Assembly (NCBI GenBank): GCA_963822445.1
Contig: CAWGHO010000003.1
Coordinates: 1,760,001-1,824,000 of the forward strand
DNA length: 64,000 nucleotides
Source: an uncultured Acidobacteriota bacterium
Lineage (GTDB): Bacteria > Acidobacteriota > Thermoanaerobaculia > Gp7-AA8
Direction: 5' to 3'
Shown: positions 1 through 11,091 of the stretch, one piece after another
Layout: the number at the start of each line of letters is the position of its first letter
Position numbering within the stretch: position 1 is the stretch's first letter
Position numbers and translations under genes: made by a program
Notes under the pieces: model-generated
The model's database searches: none
Told to the model about the DNA's origin: nothing
The model's input: the letters and a program-made list of their open reading frames with translations, nothing else

Positions 1-2099
1 ACGTTCGCATGTTCGGCGCCCCGAGCGATCCGGCCACGTTCGGCGAAGAATGGCTGTCCCACGTGCATCCGGATGACCGCGAGAAAGCCTGGTCGGTCGG
101 CAAGCGGGCCGCCGGCGGGCTGCAGCACACCTGGTGGCATGAGTACCGTCTCCGCCAGGTCGACGGAAGTTATCGCGTGGTTCTCGAGCGCGGACACCAC
201 ATCCAGTCGCCGTCCGGCGAGTGGCGGGTGATCGGCTCGATGCTGGACGTCACACCCCTGCGCGAGGCCGAGCGTCTGCGGGCGGCGGCCGAGACGAAAT
301 TCCGCCTGCTGGTCGAGCAATCGCTGGTTGCCGTGTACATGATCTCCGGCGGGCGCTTGACCTACATCAACGACACCGGCGCGGCCATGCTCGGCTACAG
401 CGCCGAGGAGCTGACGTCGATCGACCTGTCGACGCTGCTCGTGGAAACGAGCGCGGACCCGTCGGACGACCGGGGCAATGGCGTGGCCCTGGTGCGGCGC
501 AAGGACGGCACGCTGCTGCACGTCGCGTTCTACCAGAACGAGGTCACCATCGACGGCGAGCAGATCGTCATCGGAACGGGCGCCGACATCAGCGAGAGCG
601 TGCGCGCGCGACAGGCCCTCGAGGCTTCGGAGAAGCGCTACCGCGTGCTCGTCGAGGAAGTCAGCGACATCCTCTACACCCTCGATTCGGAAGGGCGGTT
701 CGTGTCGCTGAACCCGAGCTTCGAGCGCAGCACCGGCTACCGCGTGGAGGAGTGGCTGGGCCGCCCCTTCGCCGAGCTCTTCCTTCCGCACTCCGTGCCC
801 AACGCCATGGATCACTTCCGAAAAGCGCTTCGGGGCGAAGGGGAAATCATTCGGGAGTACGACATCGCCGCGGCCACGGGTGCGGTGGTGACTGTCGAAG
901 TCTCGTGGCAGCCGCGCTACGTCGACGGCGTCGTCGCCGGAACGATCGGCATGGCCCGAGACGTGACCGAGCATCGAACCATTGCCCGGAAGCTCGAAGA
1001 GGCGAAGCGGATGAGCAGCCTCGGACAGGTTGCGGCGTCGCTGGCGCACGAGTTCAACAACGTGCTCATGGGCATCCAGCCGTTCGTGGAGAACATCGCC
1101 CGAACGACCGCCGCCACTCCCGCGCTCGGCGATTCGCTCGGCCACATCACCCAGGCCATCGCCCGCGGCAAACGCGCGTCGCAGGAGATCCTCCGTTTCG
1201 CCAATCCGAAAGAGCCCCAGCTCTCCGCGATCGACACCACGGCCTGGCTGCCGCCACTCCTCGGGCAACTGGTGGCCAGCCTGCCGTCATCGATCTCCCT
1301 GAGCAGCTCCCTCGAGCCGGGCGTCCGCTTCGTTCGCGGCGACCGCGAGCATCTCGAACAAGTGATCACCAACCTGGTCTTCAACGCGCGCGACGCAATC
1401 AGCGGCAGCGGCACGATCCACGTCGGCGTCTCCCTCGAAGGCACGAGCCTGGTCCGTATCTCCGTGTGCGACGACGGTCCAGGGATTGCTCCGCAGCTGC
1501 TCGACCGGATCTTCGAGCCGCTATTCACGACCAAGCGCAATGGCACGGGACTCGGTCTGGCCATCGCCCGCCGTCTCGTGGACGGTCAGGGAGGCACGCT
1601 CACGGTCGAGAATCGTGCCGAAGGCGGATCAGCGTTTCACCTGCTCCTGCCGGCCGCGGAGGCGCCGTCGCCGGCGGAGCACCGGCGGGACTGCACGACC
1701 CCCGGAATCAACCGCATCCTGCTCGTCGAAGACGACCTCTTGGTGGGTACCGGGCTGCAAGAGCTCCTGAAACTGGAGGGATACGAGACGACGTGGGTGC
1801 GCACCGCGGCGGACGCGTGTGAAGCCGCGCGCCAGAGCCGGCCGCAGGTGGCGATCATCGACATCAATCTCCCGGACGGCAACGGAGTCGATCTCGTTCC
1901 CCTTCTGCGCGCCGAGCACGAGGACCTGCCTGTGGTTCTCTCGACCGGCCACGTCGAGCTGGACTTCTCCAACGAGAAGAACCGGATCCTCTCGCTGCTG
2001 AAGCCTTACGAGCTAGGCGAACTGCTCGCTGCGATCGGAAAGGTGACCGCGCCGGACATGAGGGACAAAGGCCTACTGGCTCTGAATCAGGCGGCTTGA
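1..2099 (+). CDS. Multi-PAS hybrid sensor histidine kinase/response regulator, probably 5'-truncated by the window edge
   Basis: PAS/PAC motifs (HVHPDD, DVT), H-box AHEFNN, N-box NLVFNARDA, G-boxes DDGPGI and GTGLGLA, C-terminal receiver (LLVEDD...IIDINLPD...KP). Confidence 0.9.
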   Translation, partial: VRMFGAPSDPATFGEEWLSHVHPDDREKAWSVGKRAAGGLQHTWWHEYRLRQVDGSYRVVLERGHHIQSPSGEWRVIGSMLDVTPLREAERLRAAAETKFRLLVEQSLVAVYMISGGRLTYINDTGAAMLGYSAEELTSIDLSTLLVETSADPSDDRGNGVALVRRKDGTLLHVAFYQNEVTIDGEQIVIGTGADISESVRARQALEASEKRYRVLVEEVSDILYTLDSEGRFVSLNPSFERSTGYRVEEWLGRPFAELFLPHSVPNAMDHFRKALRGEGEIIREYDIAAATGAVVTVEVSWQPRYVDGVVAGTIGMARDVTEHRTIARKLEEAKRMSSLGQVAASLAHEFNNVLMGIQPFVENIARTTAATPALGDSLGHITQAIARGKRASQEILRFANPKEPQLSAIDTTAWLPPLLGQLVASLPSSISLSSSLEPGVRFVRGDREHLEQVITNLVFNARDAISGSGTIHVGVSLEGTSLVRISVCDDGPGIAPQLLDRIFEPLFTTKRNGTGLGLAIARRLVDGQGGTLTVENRAEGGSAFHLLLPAAEAPSPAEHRRDCTTPGINRILLVEDDLLVGTGLQELLKLEGYETTWVRTAADACEAARQSRPQVAIIDINLPDGNGVDLVPLLRAEHEDLPVVLSTGHVELDFSNEKNRILSLLKPYELGELLAAIGKVTAPDMRDKGLLALNQAA

Positions 2100-2127
2100 A
2101 TGGGCGGGCGGATGGGTGAGGATGCTT

Positions 2128-5100
2128 TCACTTAGCCAATCTCTTGCTGTACGTCATGAGGTACTCGGGATCGAGACTCAGGATCTGCGTGCCGACCAGC
2201 GCCATGCGTCCGTCCGCGCGCAGGCGGACGTCGCGGATGTGCTCCTGGCGCAACTCGGCTTTGGTGAAGACAGTCGGCTGTTCCCACGCGCCGGAGATGC
2301 CGCGGTGCCAGACGATGAGGTGGCGGTCGACGGTGGCCAGGACCCAGCCCTGTTCGGGAAACGGGAAGAGCTCCTCGATGTCGCCGCGCGCCTCGACTTC
2401 CGCGGGCTGTGGCAACGGCCGCTGTTTCATCGCTGATCGCAGCTGAGCGCCGAGTTGTGCGGGAGTCGCTCCGGCCGCCGGCTGCGTCAGCCACACCCGG
2501 CCGGCATCGTGTCCGATCGCGACCCATCGGCCGGACTGATCCCAGGCCAGCGTCTTCGCGTTCGCGGCCACTTTCGCGAAGCGGCCTGACGGCTGCCACA
2601 TCCGCAGCGTGTGATCGTCGCCGTACTCGTGAATGAGCGGGGGCCGGGCCGTGCCGAGGAGCACGTCGCGAACGTTGCCGGCGGCGAGCGCTTTGGGAGT
2701 GGCGGCGGTGAGGTCGACGAAATAGTGGTCGTGCTCGCCGCGGATCACGAGCCACCGGCCATCCGCGCTCCACTCTCTCACCGACTCGACGCGGACGGTC
2801 GCACCGAGCGGCATGAGCCGCGGTTGCCGGGTGTCGACGAGAAAGGCCTGTTTCGCGCGCTCGACCACGAGCCAGCGCAGGTCGTCGCTGGCCCCATGCA
2901 GCTTCACGCCCGGTCCGCCGATGTTGCGCAGCGGCTGCTGTTGGCGGAGGTCGGTCATCCACACCTGGTCGCCATCGCTGAGGAGCAGGCCCGAGTCCGC
3001 GAGACGCGCGGCGATGTACGTCCCGTCGGATTTCGGTCCGGCGAAGCGGCGCTCGGCCACCGGCACGCGCGGCAAGCGATCGCCACGCATGGTCCAGAGC
3101 CGGACCACGATCGGCAGCCGCGCCTTCGGCTCGACGTGAACCGTGGCCGCCTGCGACGCGTCTTCGTTCCACGCCACGGTGGCCTTCGCGAAGGCGGGGT
3201 GATTGCGCGGCGACCAGAGTGGCTCGGGAAGCGCCAGCGGCCAGAATCGCGTGCCCTCGTCTTCGTCGACCGCCAGCCACTTCCAGTCCGACGTGACGCG
3301 CACGTCGTCATTCGTGGGAAACGCGCCGGGCGCGCTCAGATCCCAGACGCGGGTGAACCCGGTCGAGTCGGTCGACAGCAGCCGCGCCGGAAGCCGCGTG
3401 TTCCAGTCCATCGTCCAGCGGAGGGCGGTCACCGGCGCACCGTGTCCATTGAACGGCGCGCTGCGCCAGCGCTCGTTGTCGCTGTCGACGAATTGCACCT
3501 TGCCGTCGCGTTTCCCCGCGACCACGATGTCGTCCGTCATGAACGTCACGAACGAGGCACCGGTCTCGATGAGCTTGAATTTCTCGTTCACCTTGCCCTC
3601 GTCCACGCGGCGGTAAAGTACGGTCCCGTCGAAACCGAGGGAGAGAACGTCGGTTGCGAAGAACATCGCCGACGCGGTGCCCAGATTGCCCGCGTTCTTC
3701 ACCCGATAACCACCGGTCACGCCACCCCCGTCGCCCGACAGCTGCGCCATCGTTTCCGTGGCCTTGAGCTCGTAGCGATGCTGGACCGGCTGCCACGCCT
3801 CCCCTTTCAGATCGTGCACGGCCGCGATTCCGAACTCCTGCTTCCCCTCCTCGGCCACGGTCGCCAGCAGCGCTTCTCCCTCGCTATCCCACGCGAGGCT
3901 GGTGCGCACGCTGGTGTTGCCGAGGCTTACGACCTCGAGGTCTTTTTCGAACGGCGGGAAGACATTCGGCAGCGCGTGCTGCTGCACCGAGCTTCCGTCG
4001 ATGTCCCACCACTCCGCCCCTCCGCCATGGCCCAGGACCGCCAGGCGCATGCGCTCTTCGCGGGCGAGAACGGCCATGTTCGCCACATAGATCTCTGTCT
4101 CGATCACCGGCAGCGCGGTTGCCTCGGACTCACCAATCGCGAACCGGTGAATCTTGCCGGCCGAATAAAAGAGCAGCTTCCGCCCGTCGTCCGTGAACGC
4201 CCGTGGCTCGCAGCCGTTGTCGCAAACAGGCATCAGTTTGCCGGGCGGATCGAGGCGTTGCAGGAAGGTCTTGTCCCAACCGACCTCCCACAGGAGCCAG
4301 CGCCCGTCGGGACTCGGCAGCGATCGAATGCTGCCCCACGACGAGACATCGAAGCGGCCCGCGATCACGGGCTGTGCATCGATCCCGTTCTTGCCGATGC
4401 GCCAGAACCACAGCGCGCCGTGCTTGATCTCGTTCGGCTTGCCGCTCTTCACGATGCCGCGCATGGCCACCAGGCGATCGCCGGCGAATGCGAGATGCGA
4501 CGGCGCGCGCGCCCACCGCTCGCCGCGCTGCAGCACGCCGGACGGTGGAGACAGCGTTCGCGGCGACGACGTTCCCGCCGCGCCAAACACGATCGCGCCG
4601 TCCGTCTCGCTCGCCGCGGCCCACTGAAGCATGCCGTCGACGACGACCGGCGCGCGATCCTTCCGCCATGGCAGCGCGGGCCTGCTGCCGGCGAAGGCGA
4701 GGGAGATGCGCTGCAGCGCGCCGATCGCGCGCGGCGTGATCGGGTCGCCGCGGCTGTGGAACGTGTTCACGGCCGCGACGGCCAGCTCGAGCGCGTCGTC
4801 GGGCGCGCCGTCGACTTTCTCCAGCGCCTGCACGGCCAATCGCCCGGACGTTTCGCTGCGTGCGGCGATCGCTTCCCGCACCGCCGCCGCGCGCTCGCGC
4901 TCCGCCCGCTCGAACTCGCGCACCGCCTCCTTCCGCTTCTCCTCCGCGAACTTCCGCTGCACTTCTTCCTCGAGCCGCGCCTTGCTCTCGGCCTCTTTCG
5001 CCTTGCGCTCGTTGAAGAACGCCGTTTCGGCTTTGCCGCGCTGCACCTCCGATTGCCGCCAGAACAGCAGGCTCACGACGAGAGCGATTGCCAGCGAGGT

Positions 5101-5679
5101 GATGATCCCGGTGACGATGCCGACCAGAATGCGGCGGTTGCGTTGCTGCCGTCGTTTCTCGCGCCGCTCCACGTCCGCGCGGCTGATGCCGTAGAGATTC
5201 GCCAGCAGCGCGAACCATGAGTCCGCGAATGCACCCTTGTCGACGCGATCCTTCTTCGGATCGAAGCCGCGATACGAGATCGCCAGCGGCATGCCCAGCA
5301 CTTCGCAGAGCGCCTCCGGAAACGCGCAGTCGCTCGATTGCTCCGGCGTAGCTTCATTGTTCGGAATGCCGTCGAGCAGGATGGGGATGATGTTCTCCGC
5401 GCCATGTTTCTGGGCGAAGCGGCGCACCTCGTCGCCGACATACGTACTGGCGCGCGCCTGCGGCGAGCAGACCAGGATCAGCTTCGAGGAATCGCCGAGG
5501 TGATGCTCGACCGATTGAAAGTACTCGACGCCGGTGAAGTCCGTCTCGTCGCGGAAGACGTTGAGATAACGCTGCGGGACCGCAAGGTCGCGCGGCGGCT
5601 TGAACTCCTCGAGCGCCTTCTCCAGCCGTCGTGCAAAGTCCGCGTTCCGCCTCGAATAGGAGATGAACGCGTCGTGCAC
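2128..5679 (-). CDS. TIR domain, transmembrane helix, coiled coil and WD40/beta-propeller protein
   Basis: N-terminal DAFISYSR...VFRD...LILVCSP...YVGDEV (TIR); hydrophobic ILVGIVTGIITSLAIALVVSLLFW; GH...WD repeat (GHGAPVTAL...TRVWD); GTG start 1 nt after the upstream stop. Confidence 0.85.
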   Translation of the reverse strand: MHDAFISYSRRNADFARRLEKALEEFKPPRDLAVPQRYLNVFRDETDFTGVEYFQSVEHHLGDSSKLILVCSPQARASTYVGDEVRRFAQKHGAENIIPILLDGIPNNEATPEQSSDCAFPEALCEVLGMPLAISYRGFDPKKDRVDKGAFADSWFALLANLYGISRADVERREKRRQQRNRRILVGIVTGIITSLAIALVVSLLFWRQSEVQRGKAETAFFNERKAKEAESKARLEEEVQRKFAEEKRKEAVREFERAERERAAAVREAIAARSETSGRLAVQALEKVDGAPDDALELAVAAVNTFHSRGDPITPRAIGALQRISLAFAGSRPALPWRKDRAPVVVDGMLQWAAASETDGAIVFGAAGTSSPRTLSPPSGVLQRGERWARAPSHLAFAGDRLVAMRGIVKSGKPNEIKHGALWFWRIGKNGIDAQPVIAGRFDVSSWGSIRSLPSPDGRWLLWEVGWDKTFLQRLDPPGKLMPVCDNGCEPRAFTDDGRKLLFYSAGKIHRFAIGESEATALPVIETEIYVANMAVLAREERMRLAVLGHGGGAEWWDIDGSSVQQHALPNVFPPFEKDLEVVSLGNTSVRTSLAWDSEGEALLATVAEEGKQEFGIAAVHDLKGEAWQPVQHRYELKATETMAQLSGDGGGVTGGYRVKNAGNLGTASAMFFATDVLSLGFDGTVLYRRVDEGKVNEKFKLIETGASFVTFMTDDIVVAGKRDGKVQFVDSDNERWRSAPFNGHGAPVTALRWTMDWNTRLPARLLSTDSTGFTRVWDLSAPGAFPTNDDVRVTSDWKWLAVDEDEGTRFWPLALPEPLWSPRNHPAFAKATVAWNEDASQAATVHVEPKARLPIVVRLWTMRGDRLPRVPVAERRFAGPKSDGTYIAARLADSGLLLSDGDQVWMTDLRQQQPLRNIGGPGVKLHGASDDLRWLVVERAKQAFLVDTRQPRLMPLGATVRVESVREWSADGRWLVIRGEHDHYFVDLTAATPKALAAGNVRDVLLGTARPPLIHEYGDDHTLRMWQPSGRFAKVAANAKTLAWDQSGRWVAIGHDAGRVWLTQPAAGATPAQLGAQLRSAMKQRPLPQPAEVEARGDIEELFPFPEQGWVLATVDRHLIVWHRGISGAWEQPTVFTKAELRQEHIRDVRLRADGRMALVGTQILSLDPEYLMTYSKRLAK

Positions 5680-5680
5680 A

Positions 5681-8600
5681 TCATTCCTTGACCGCGATGT
5701 TGTACTTCTGAATCTTCGACTTCAGCGTGTTCCGCGCGAGTCCCAGCCGTCGCGCGGCTTCGCGGATGCGGCCGCCCGAGCTTTCCAGTGCGCGCAGGAT
5801 CAGCTGTTTGTCGACCGTCGACATCACCTCGTCGTAGACCTCGCTCGTGATGTCCATCTTGCCGACCATCGGATTCAGGAACGCGCCTGGCGCACCGCCC
5901 GGTGCCGCGGCGGCGACGAGCGCCGGCGCGCTGTCGGAGTAGAGGCTGTAGAACTCGTTCTTCGTCACCAGCTCGTCGTTCGACATGACGATGGCGCGAT
6001 GCAGCGTCGCTTCGAGCTCGCGCACGTTGCCCGGCCAGTCGTAGCGCATGAACAGGTCGAGCACTCCCGGCTCGAGGCGCTTGGTGTCGATGCCCAGGTC
6101 CTTGCAGATCTTGCGGATGAAATGCTCGGCCAGGACGGGGATGTCGTCCTTCCGCTCGCGCAGCGGCGGCAGCATGATCGGGATGATGTTCAGGCGATAG
6201 AACAGATCCTCGCGGAACGTCCCGTCCTCGATCGCTTTCTCCAGCTCGAGGTTCGTGGCCGTGATGATCTTCACGTCGACCTTGATCGTCTGCGTGCCGC
6301 CGACCCGCTCGAACTCCTTGTCCTCGACCACGCGCAGCAGTTTCGACTGCATGGCCAGCGACATCTTTCCGATCTCGTCGAGGAAGATCGAGCCGTTGTT
6401 CGCGAGCTCGAACCGTCCCAGCTTCCGGCGATCCGCGCCGGTGAACGCGCCCTTCTCGTGGCCGAACAACTCCGACTCCGCCAGCGTCTCCGGCAGCGCC
6501 GCGCAGTTGAACTTGATGAACGGTCCCTGACGCCGCGGCCCGATGTTGTGGATGATCCGGGCGATCAGCCCCTTGCCCGTGCCCGATTCACCGCGCAGCA
6601 GCACCGTCGAATGTCCGGCCGACGCCTTCCTGATCGCGAACTGAATCTTCGCCACAGCCTCGGACTGCCCGATCACCGAATCCAGATGCTTCTCGACCAG
6701 CACCTCGCGGCGGAGACCCTCGTTTTCGAGCGACAGCCGCGTCCGCGCTTCTTCCAGCTCCTCGTAAAGCCGCGCGTTCTCGATCGCGATCGCGGCCTGA
6801 TCGGCGAAGGCCTCCAGGAAGCTGAGGTCCTTCTGCGAGAAGAGATGGCGGGCCTGGCGGTGGTCGATGTAGATCGCGCCGGCGATCCGCTCTTTCATGA
6901 TCAGCGGCACGCAGAGGATCGACAGGATGTTGTCCGCGATCACCGATTCAGACTCGACGAAGCGCTGGTCGGCCCGCGCGTCCGCGGAGATCACCGACTG
7001 CCCGCTCTGAATCACTTCCTTGACGATCGACTGCGGCGAGCGGCGCTGATCGCCTTCCGCGCGCTCGGAGATGTTCCGCGCGACGCGCGTGCGCAACGCG
7101 CCGGTGATCGGATCGAGGAGGATGAGCATGCCCCTTTCCGCGCGGAGACGGCGGATGCAGACATCGAGAACGCGATTGAGCACTTCCTCGAGGTTCAGCG
7201 TGGAGTTGATGATCTTCACGATCTCGTACAGACCGACCACGCCCTGATCGGGCGCCTTGCCGGCCGGGCGGATGCGGAACAGCGCGCCGCGCGAGCGCTC
7301 GAGATCGAGTGAGGCATCCAGGCGCTCGAAGATCTTGATCGCGCCGCGGATGGTCTGCGTCGCTTCTTCCGGCTCGTCGCGAAGTACGCCGATGTCGAAC
7401 AGCAGCCGCGCGAGCTCGTACGGCGCATCGACTTCCTCGAACGTCGTCCGCGCGGAGTCGAACTTTGACTGCGCTGCATCGCGATCGCCGCGGGCGTTGT
7501 GGATCTTGGCCCAGGCCCATTCGTTCTTGGCCAGCGAGAAACGATCGCCGAGCTGTCGCGCGAACTGTTCCGCGGTCTCGGCGTGCTTCGTCGCGCCGTC
7601 CACGTCGCCTTTCTGCAGAACCATGCACGCCGCAGCGGTGTGCGCGCGCGCCAGGCCGTGCAGCGTGCGATTGGCTTCGAAGATCTGCATCGAGCGGTTG
7701 AGGTATTTCTCCGACTCCTCGAGATTGCCCCGCTCATCCTCGATCGAAGCCAGCACATACGCGGCCTCGGCAATCAGGTCTTCATCGCGAGCCCGCTCCC
7801 CTGCCGCCATCGCCTTCTGCGCGTACTCGAGGGCTTTGGCGATGTCCCCGCGCTTCTTGGTAAGGCGGGCCAAAGGCACATACACAGTGAGGCGCGACGC
7901 GCGGGTCTCATCGAAGCCTTCGAGCGCGAGACACTTCTTGTATTGCTCGAGCGCCTCGTTCCAGCGTCCGGTCATCTCCAGCGCATCGGCGAGATTCTCG
8001 CGAGCCAGCGCCTCATGCTCGACGGCGCCGATCTTCTCGTCGATGCGCACGCTCTTCTCGAAGTACTCCGCCGCCGCGTGGAAATTGCCGCGGCCGTACT
8101 CGACGACGCCGACGTTGTTGTACGACGTCACCAGGTCCCACAGGTCGCCTTCGTTCTCGGAGACGTCGAGGTTCTTGCGGAAGTGCTGCAGGGCCTCGTC
8201 CCACGCGCCGAGCTTCCAGAGCGTGTTGCCGAGGTTCATCGACGCGACTTTGCAGAGCTGCTCGGAGCCGAGCTTCTCGCCGATGGCCAGCGCTTCTTCG
8301 AGGATGTCCCGCGAGCGCTGCCAGTTGCCGCCGGCGAACTCGATGAGGCCGAGGATGTTCTTGACGTAGCCGTAGACGACGGTCGGCTCCATCTGCTCGA
8401 GCATGACCTTGGCCCGCTCGGCGGTGTCGCGCGCGGCGTCGAGGTCATCGCGCAGCCGGTACAGCCAGGCCAGGCGATTGAGCATCTCCGCGACGTCGAC
8501 GGTCTGGCCGAGGCTGTCGTAGATCGAGAGCGCGGAGTTGTAGTACGTCATCGCCGCTTCCTGATCGCCGCGGCGGGCCAGCACTTTGCCGATCTTCTTC

Positions 8601-10990
8601 ATCACCCGGGCGATCTCGGCGTTCGGCGCGTCATCGGGATGGCGGCTCTGGATGCTCTTGAGCAGGAACTGGTACGCGTGCATCGCGCTGCGATAGTCGT
8701 CGCGGCGGTAGTAGGCGTCGGCGAGCTTCTCGCGCACTTCCGCTTTGCGCGCTTCTTCGATGCCGCCGAGGTCCATCAGCTCGAGGGCGATGCGGTAGAA
8801 CTCCGTCGCTTCCTCGTGAGCGAGCGTGCGCGTCGCGAGATCGCCTGCTTCGATGGAGTAGCGCGTGCCCCGCTCGATGTCGTTGGCGCGCGAGAAGTGA
8901 TACGCGACCTGACCGAGCATCTGCGTCGAGCCGCTGACCACCGCGGGCTCGAGCGCTTCGCCCGCCCGGAGATGCAGTTCCATCCGCCGGCGCTCGGGCA
9001 TGGCGTTGTAGACCGCGTCGCGGAGATGAATCTGCGGGAAGGTGATGATCCTGCCGTCGTTGGATTCGTCGACGAGACCGTGGCGCGCGAGCTCGCTCAC
9101 GGTTTCGTAGAGCGATTCCGCGTTCAATTCGGAGACGCGCGCGAGCAACTCGATGTCCATAGACTCGCCGAACACCGACGCCATCTCCAGCAACGATCGA
9201 TGCCCGTTGCCGAGCGTCTCAACCTTCTCCATGAGGATCTGCGACGGTCCGCCGGGGATGCGCAGCGAACGGATGCGGTCCATGTCCGCGACCCAGCCCG
9301 TCGGCAACCAGGTCAGGTATTCGTGGGCGACGAGGTAATCGACGATGCGGCGGATGTTCAGCGGCGAGCCGGCCGACTCCCACAGCATCCAGCGAACGAT
9401 CTCGTCGTCGACGTTCGTGTCGCCGAGCAGCGACTGCACGTGCTCGCGCACCAGCGACTCGGTCAGCGTTTCGACGCGGATGATCGGGAAATTGCTTTCC
9501 CTGGCGCGCTGCTCCCAGAACGAGAGATTCGGCGCGGACGATTCGATGGCCGCCTCGCCGCCGGAATCGAGCGTGAGCGTGCCGATGACCAGCAACCGGT
9601 TCTGCTTCGCTTCGCCGACCAGGAACGCGAAGAGCTCCGCGGTCGAAGGATCGGCCCACTGCACGTCCTCGATGATCAGGATCAGCGGCGAGCCGCCGGT
9701 CTCGCTGCCGACGCTCAGGAATCCATACATGTCCTGCATCGACTGGACGATGCGGTTGAAGAGTCTGTACTTCTGCCCGTGCTGCGGCGGACTGGTGTCC
9801 GGTCCCGCGGAAGCAACGACCGGCCGCAGGATCCGCCGGATCTCCTCCGCCACATCAGCCTCGGGATTCACGGCGTTCACGAGTTGCTCGAAGATCTCGA
9901 AGAACGGCGCGTAGATCGTCTTGCGGTTCACCGGACAACGGCCGCAGAACACGCGCGCGCCGTCGAGTTGCGCGCGCAGCGTCACGTCGCGCACGATGCG
10001 GCTCTTTCCCATGCCTTCCGCGCCGGCGAGGATCACGCCGTTGCCGCGTCCTTCGCGAGCCTCGGCGATGAGCGCCATCAACGCACTGACTTCCGTCTTG
10101 CGGCCGATCAGCGGCGCGGCGAACAGCTCACCGCGGCCGACCAGCAGTTCCGACGGCGGCGTTTTCTTTCCCACCGCTTCGGCCACCGCCTGCAGGAGCG
10201 CAGCGGCTGACGGGAAGCGATGACGCGGATCTTTTTCGAGAAGCCTGGTGATGATCTGCTCGAGCGCTTCCGGCACGCGCGGATTGATCGACGAGACCGG
10301 CCGCACGCCTTCGTCGAGGCGCATGCGGATCACTTCGATCGGCGGTTTGCCGTAGCCCGGCAACGCGCCGGTGACCGTTTCGTACAGCGTCATCCCGAGC
10401 GCGTACAGATCGGCGCGCGAGTCGACGCGATCCTGTTTCAGGACCTCCGGCGCCATGTACTGCAGCGTGCCGCGGATCTGCCGGTCGAAGACCTGGCGGG
10501 CCTCGATGGCCAGGCCGAAATCCATGATCTTGGCCTTGCCGTCGTCGCTGACGAGGATGTTCGACGGCTTGAGGTCGAGATGGATGATGCCGAGGTGATG
10601 GACGTGATGCAGGCCGGAGGCGATCTGCAGAAGGACGTCGTACAGCGCGTCCCAGTTCTGCCCGTCGAACCAGTCGGTGATCCGCTTCCCCGGGAAGAAC
10701 TCCATCGTGAAGTAGGGGAAGCCTTCCTGCAGCACGCCGAAGTCGAAGACTTTGATGACGCTCGCATGTTCGAGCGACGCCAGCGTGCTGAACTCCGCCT
10801 TGAATCGGAGCAGCTGCTGCGGATCGGACAGCTCGTGACGGAGGATCTTGATCGCTTCGTCGCGGCGGTCGGCAACGTCGAACACGCGGTAAACCGCGGT
10901 CTCCGGCGTCTGCTTCAGCGTCGCACGCACCTGGTACCGCGGCGGAAGTGAAACCTCGGGGGTCACGCCTTCATCAGTGGTTGTGGTCAT
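5681..10990 (-). CDS. Ser/Thr kinase, AAA/STAND-like ATPase, TPR, GAF, sigma54-interacting AAA+ and Fis-type HTH fusion
   Basis: [14 protein letters not shown]; Walker A GAEGMGKS and Walker B LIIEDVQW; TPR helices; GAF (LCVPL...GAIYID); [31 protein letters not shown]; [15 protein letters not shown]. Confidence 0.92.
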   Translation of the reverse strand: MTTTTDEGVTPEVSLPPRYQVRATLKQTPETAVYRVFDVADRRDEAIKILRHELSDPQQLLRFKAEFSTLASLEHASVIKVFDFGVLQEGFPYFTMEFFPGKRITDWFDGQNWDALYDVLLQIASGLHHVHHLGIIHLDLKPSNILVSDDGKAKIMDFGLAIEARQVFDRQIRGTLQYMAPEVLKQDRVDSRADLYALGMTLYETVTGALPGYGKPPIEVIRMRLDEGVRPVSSINPRVPEALEQIITRLLEKDPRHRFPSAAALLQAVAEAVGKKTPPSELLVGRGELFAAPLIGRKTEVSALMALIAEAREGRGNGVILAGAEGMGKSRIVRDVTLRAQLDGARVFCGRCPVNRKTIYAPFFEIFEQLVNAVNPEADVAEEIRRILRPVVASAGPDTSPPQHGQKYRLFNRIVQSMQDMYGFLSVGSETGGSPLILIIEDVQWADPSTAELFAFLVGEAKQNRLLVIGTLTLDSGGEAAIESSAPNLSFWEQRARESNFPIIRVETLTESLVREHVQSLLGDTNVDDEIVRWMLWESAGSPLNIRRIVDYLVAHEYLTWLPTGWVADMDRIRSLRIPGGPSQILMEKVETLGNGHRSLLEMASVFGESMDIELLARVSELNAESLYETVSELARHGLVDESNDGRIITFPQIHLRDAVYNAMPERRRMELHLRAGEALEPAVVSGSTQMLGQVAYHFSRANDIERGTRYSIEAGDLATRTLAHEEATEFYRIALELMDLGGIEEARKAEVREKLADAYYRRDDYRSAMHAYQFLLKSIQSRHPDDAPNAEIARVMKKIGKVLARRGDQEAAMTYYNSALSIYDSLGQTVDVAEMLNRLAWLYRLRDDLDAARDTAERAKVMLEQMEPTVVYGYVKNILGLIEFAGGNWQRSRDILEEALAIGEKLGSEQLCKVASMNLGNTLWKLGAWDEALQHFRKNLDVSENEGDLWDLVTSYNNVGVVEYGRGNFHAAAEYFEKSVRIDEKIGAVEHEALARENLADALEMTGRWNEALEQYKKCLALEGFDETRASRLTVYVPLARLTKKRGDIAKALEYAQKAMAAGERARDEDLIAEAAYVLASIEDERGNLEESEKYLNRSMQIFEANRTLHGLARAHTAAACMVLQKGDVDGATKHAETAEQFARQLGDRFSLAKNEWAWAKIHNARGDRDAAQSKFDSARTTFEEVDAPYELARLLFDIGVLRDEPEEATQTIRGAIKIFERLDASLDLERSRGALFRIRPAGKAPDQGVVGLYEIVKIINSTLNLEEVLNRVLDVCIRRLRAERGMLILLDPITGALRTRVARNISERAEGDQRRSPQSIVKEVIQSGQSVISADARADQRFVESESVIADNILSILCVPLIMKERIAGAIYIDHRQARHLFSQKDLSFLEAFADQAAIAIENARLYEELEEARTRLSLENEGLRREVLVEKHLDSVIGQSEAVAKIQFAIRKASAGHSTVLLRGESGTGKGLIARIIHNIGPRRQGPFIKFNCAALPETLAESELFGHEKGAFTGADRRKLGRFELANNGSIFLDEIGKMSLAMQSKLLRVVEDKEFERVGGTQTIKVDVKIITATNLELEKAIEDGTFREDLFYRLNIIPIMLPPLRERKDDIPVLAEHFIRKICKDLGIDTKRLEPGVLDLFMRYDWPGNVRELEATLHRAIVMSNDELVTKNEFYSLYSDSAPALVAAAAPGGAPGAFLNPMVGKMDITSEVYDEVMSTVDKQLILRALESSGGRIREAARRLGLARNTLKSKIQKYNIAVKE

Positions 10991-11091
10991 GACGTTTTTG
11001 GTTGAGGGTGAGAATATAACCCTACCCCACGCCGATGGGGGTCAACAATTTGACCAGCGGTGTCCATGTAGAATGCGCGACCGGCCGGCAG

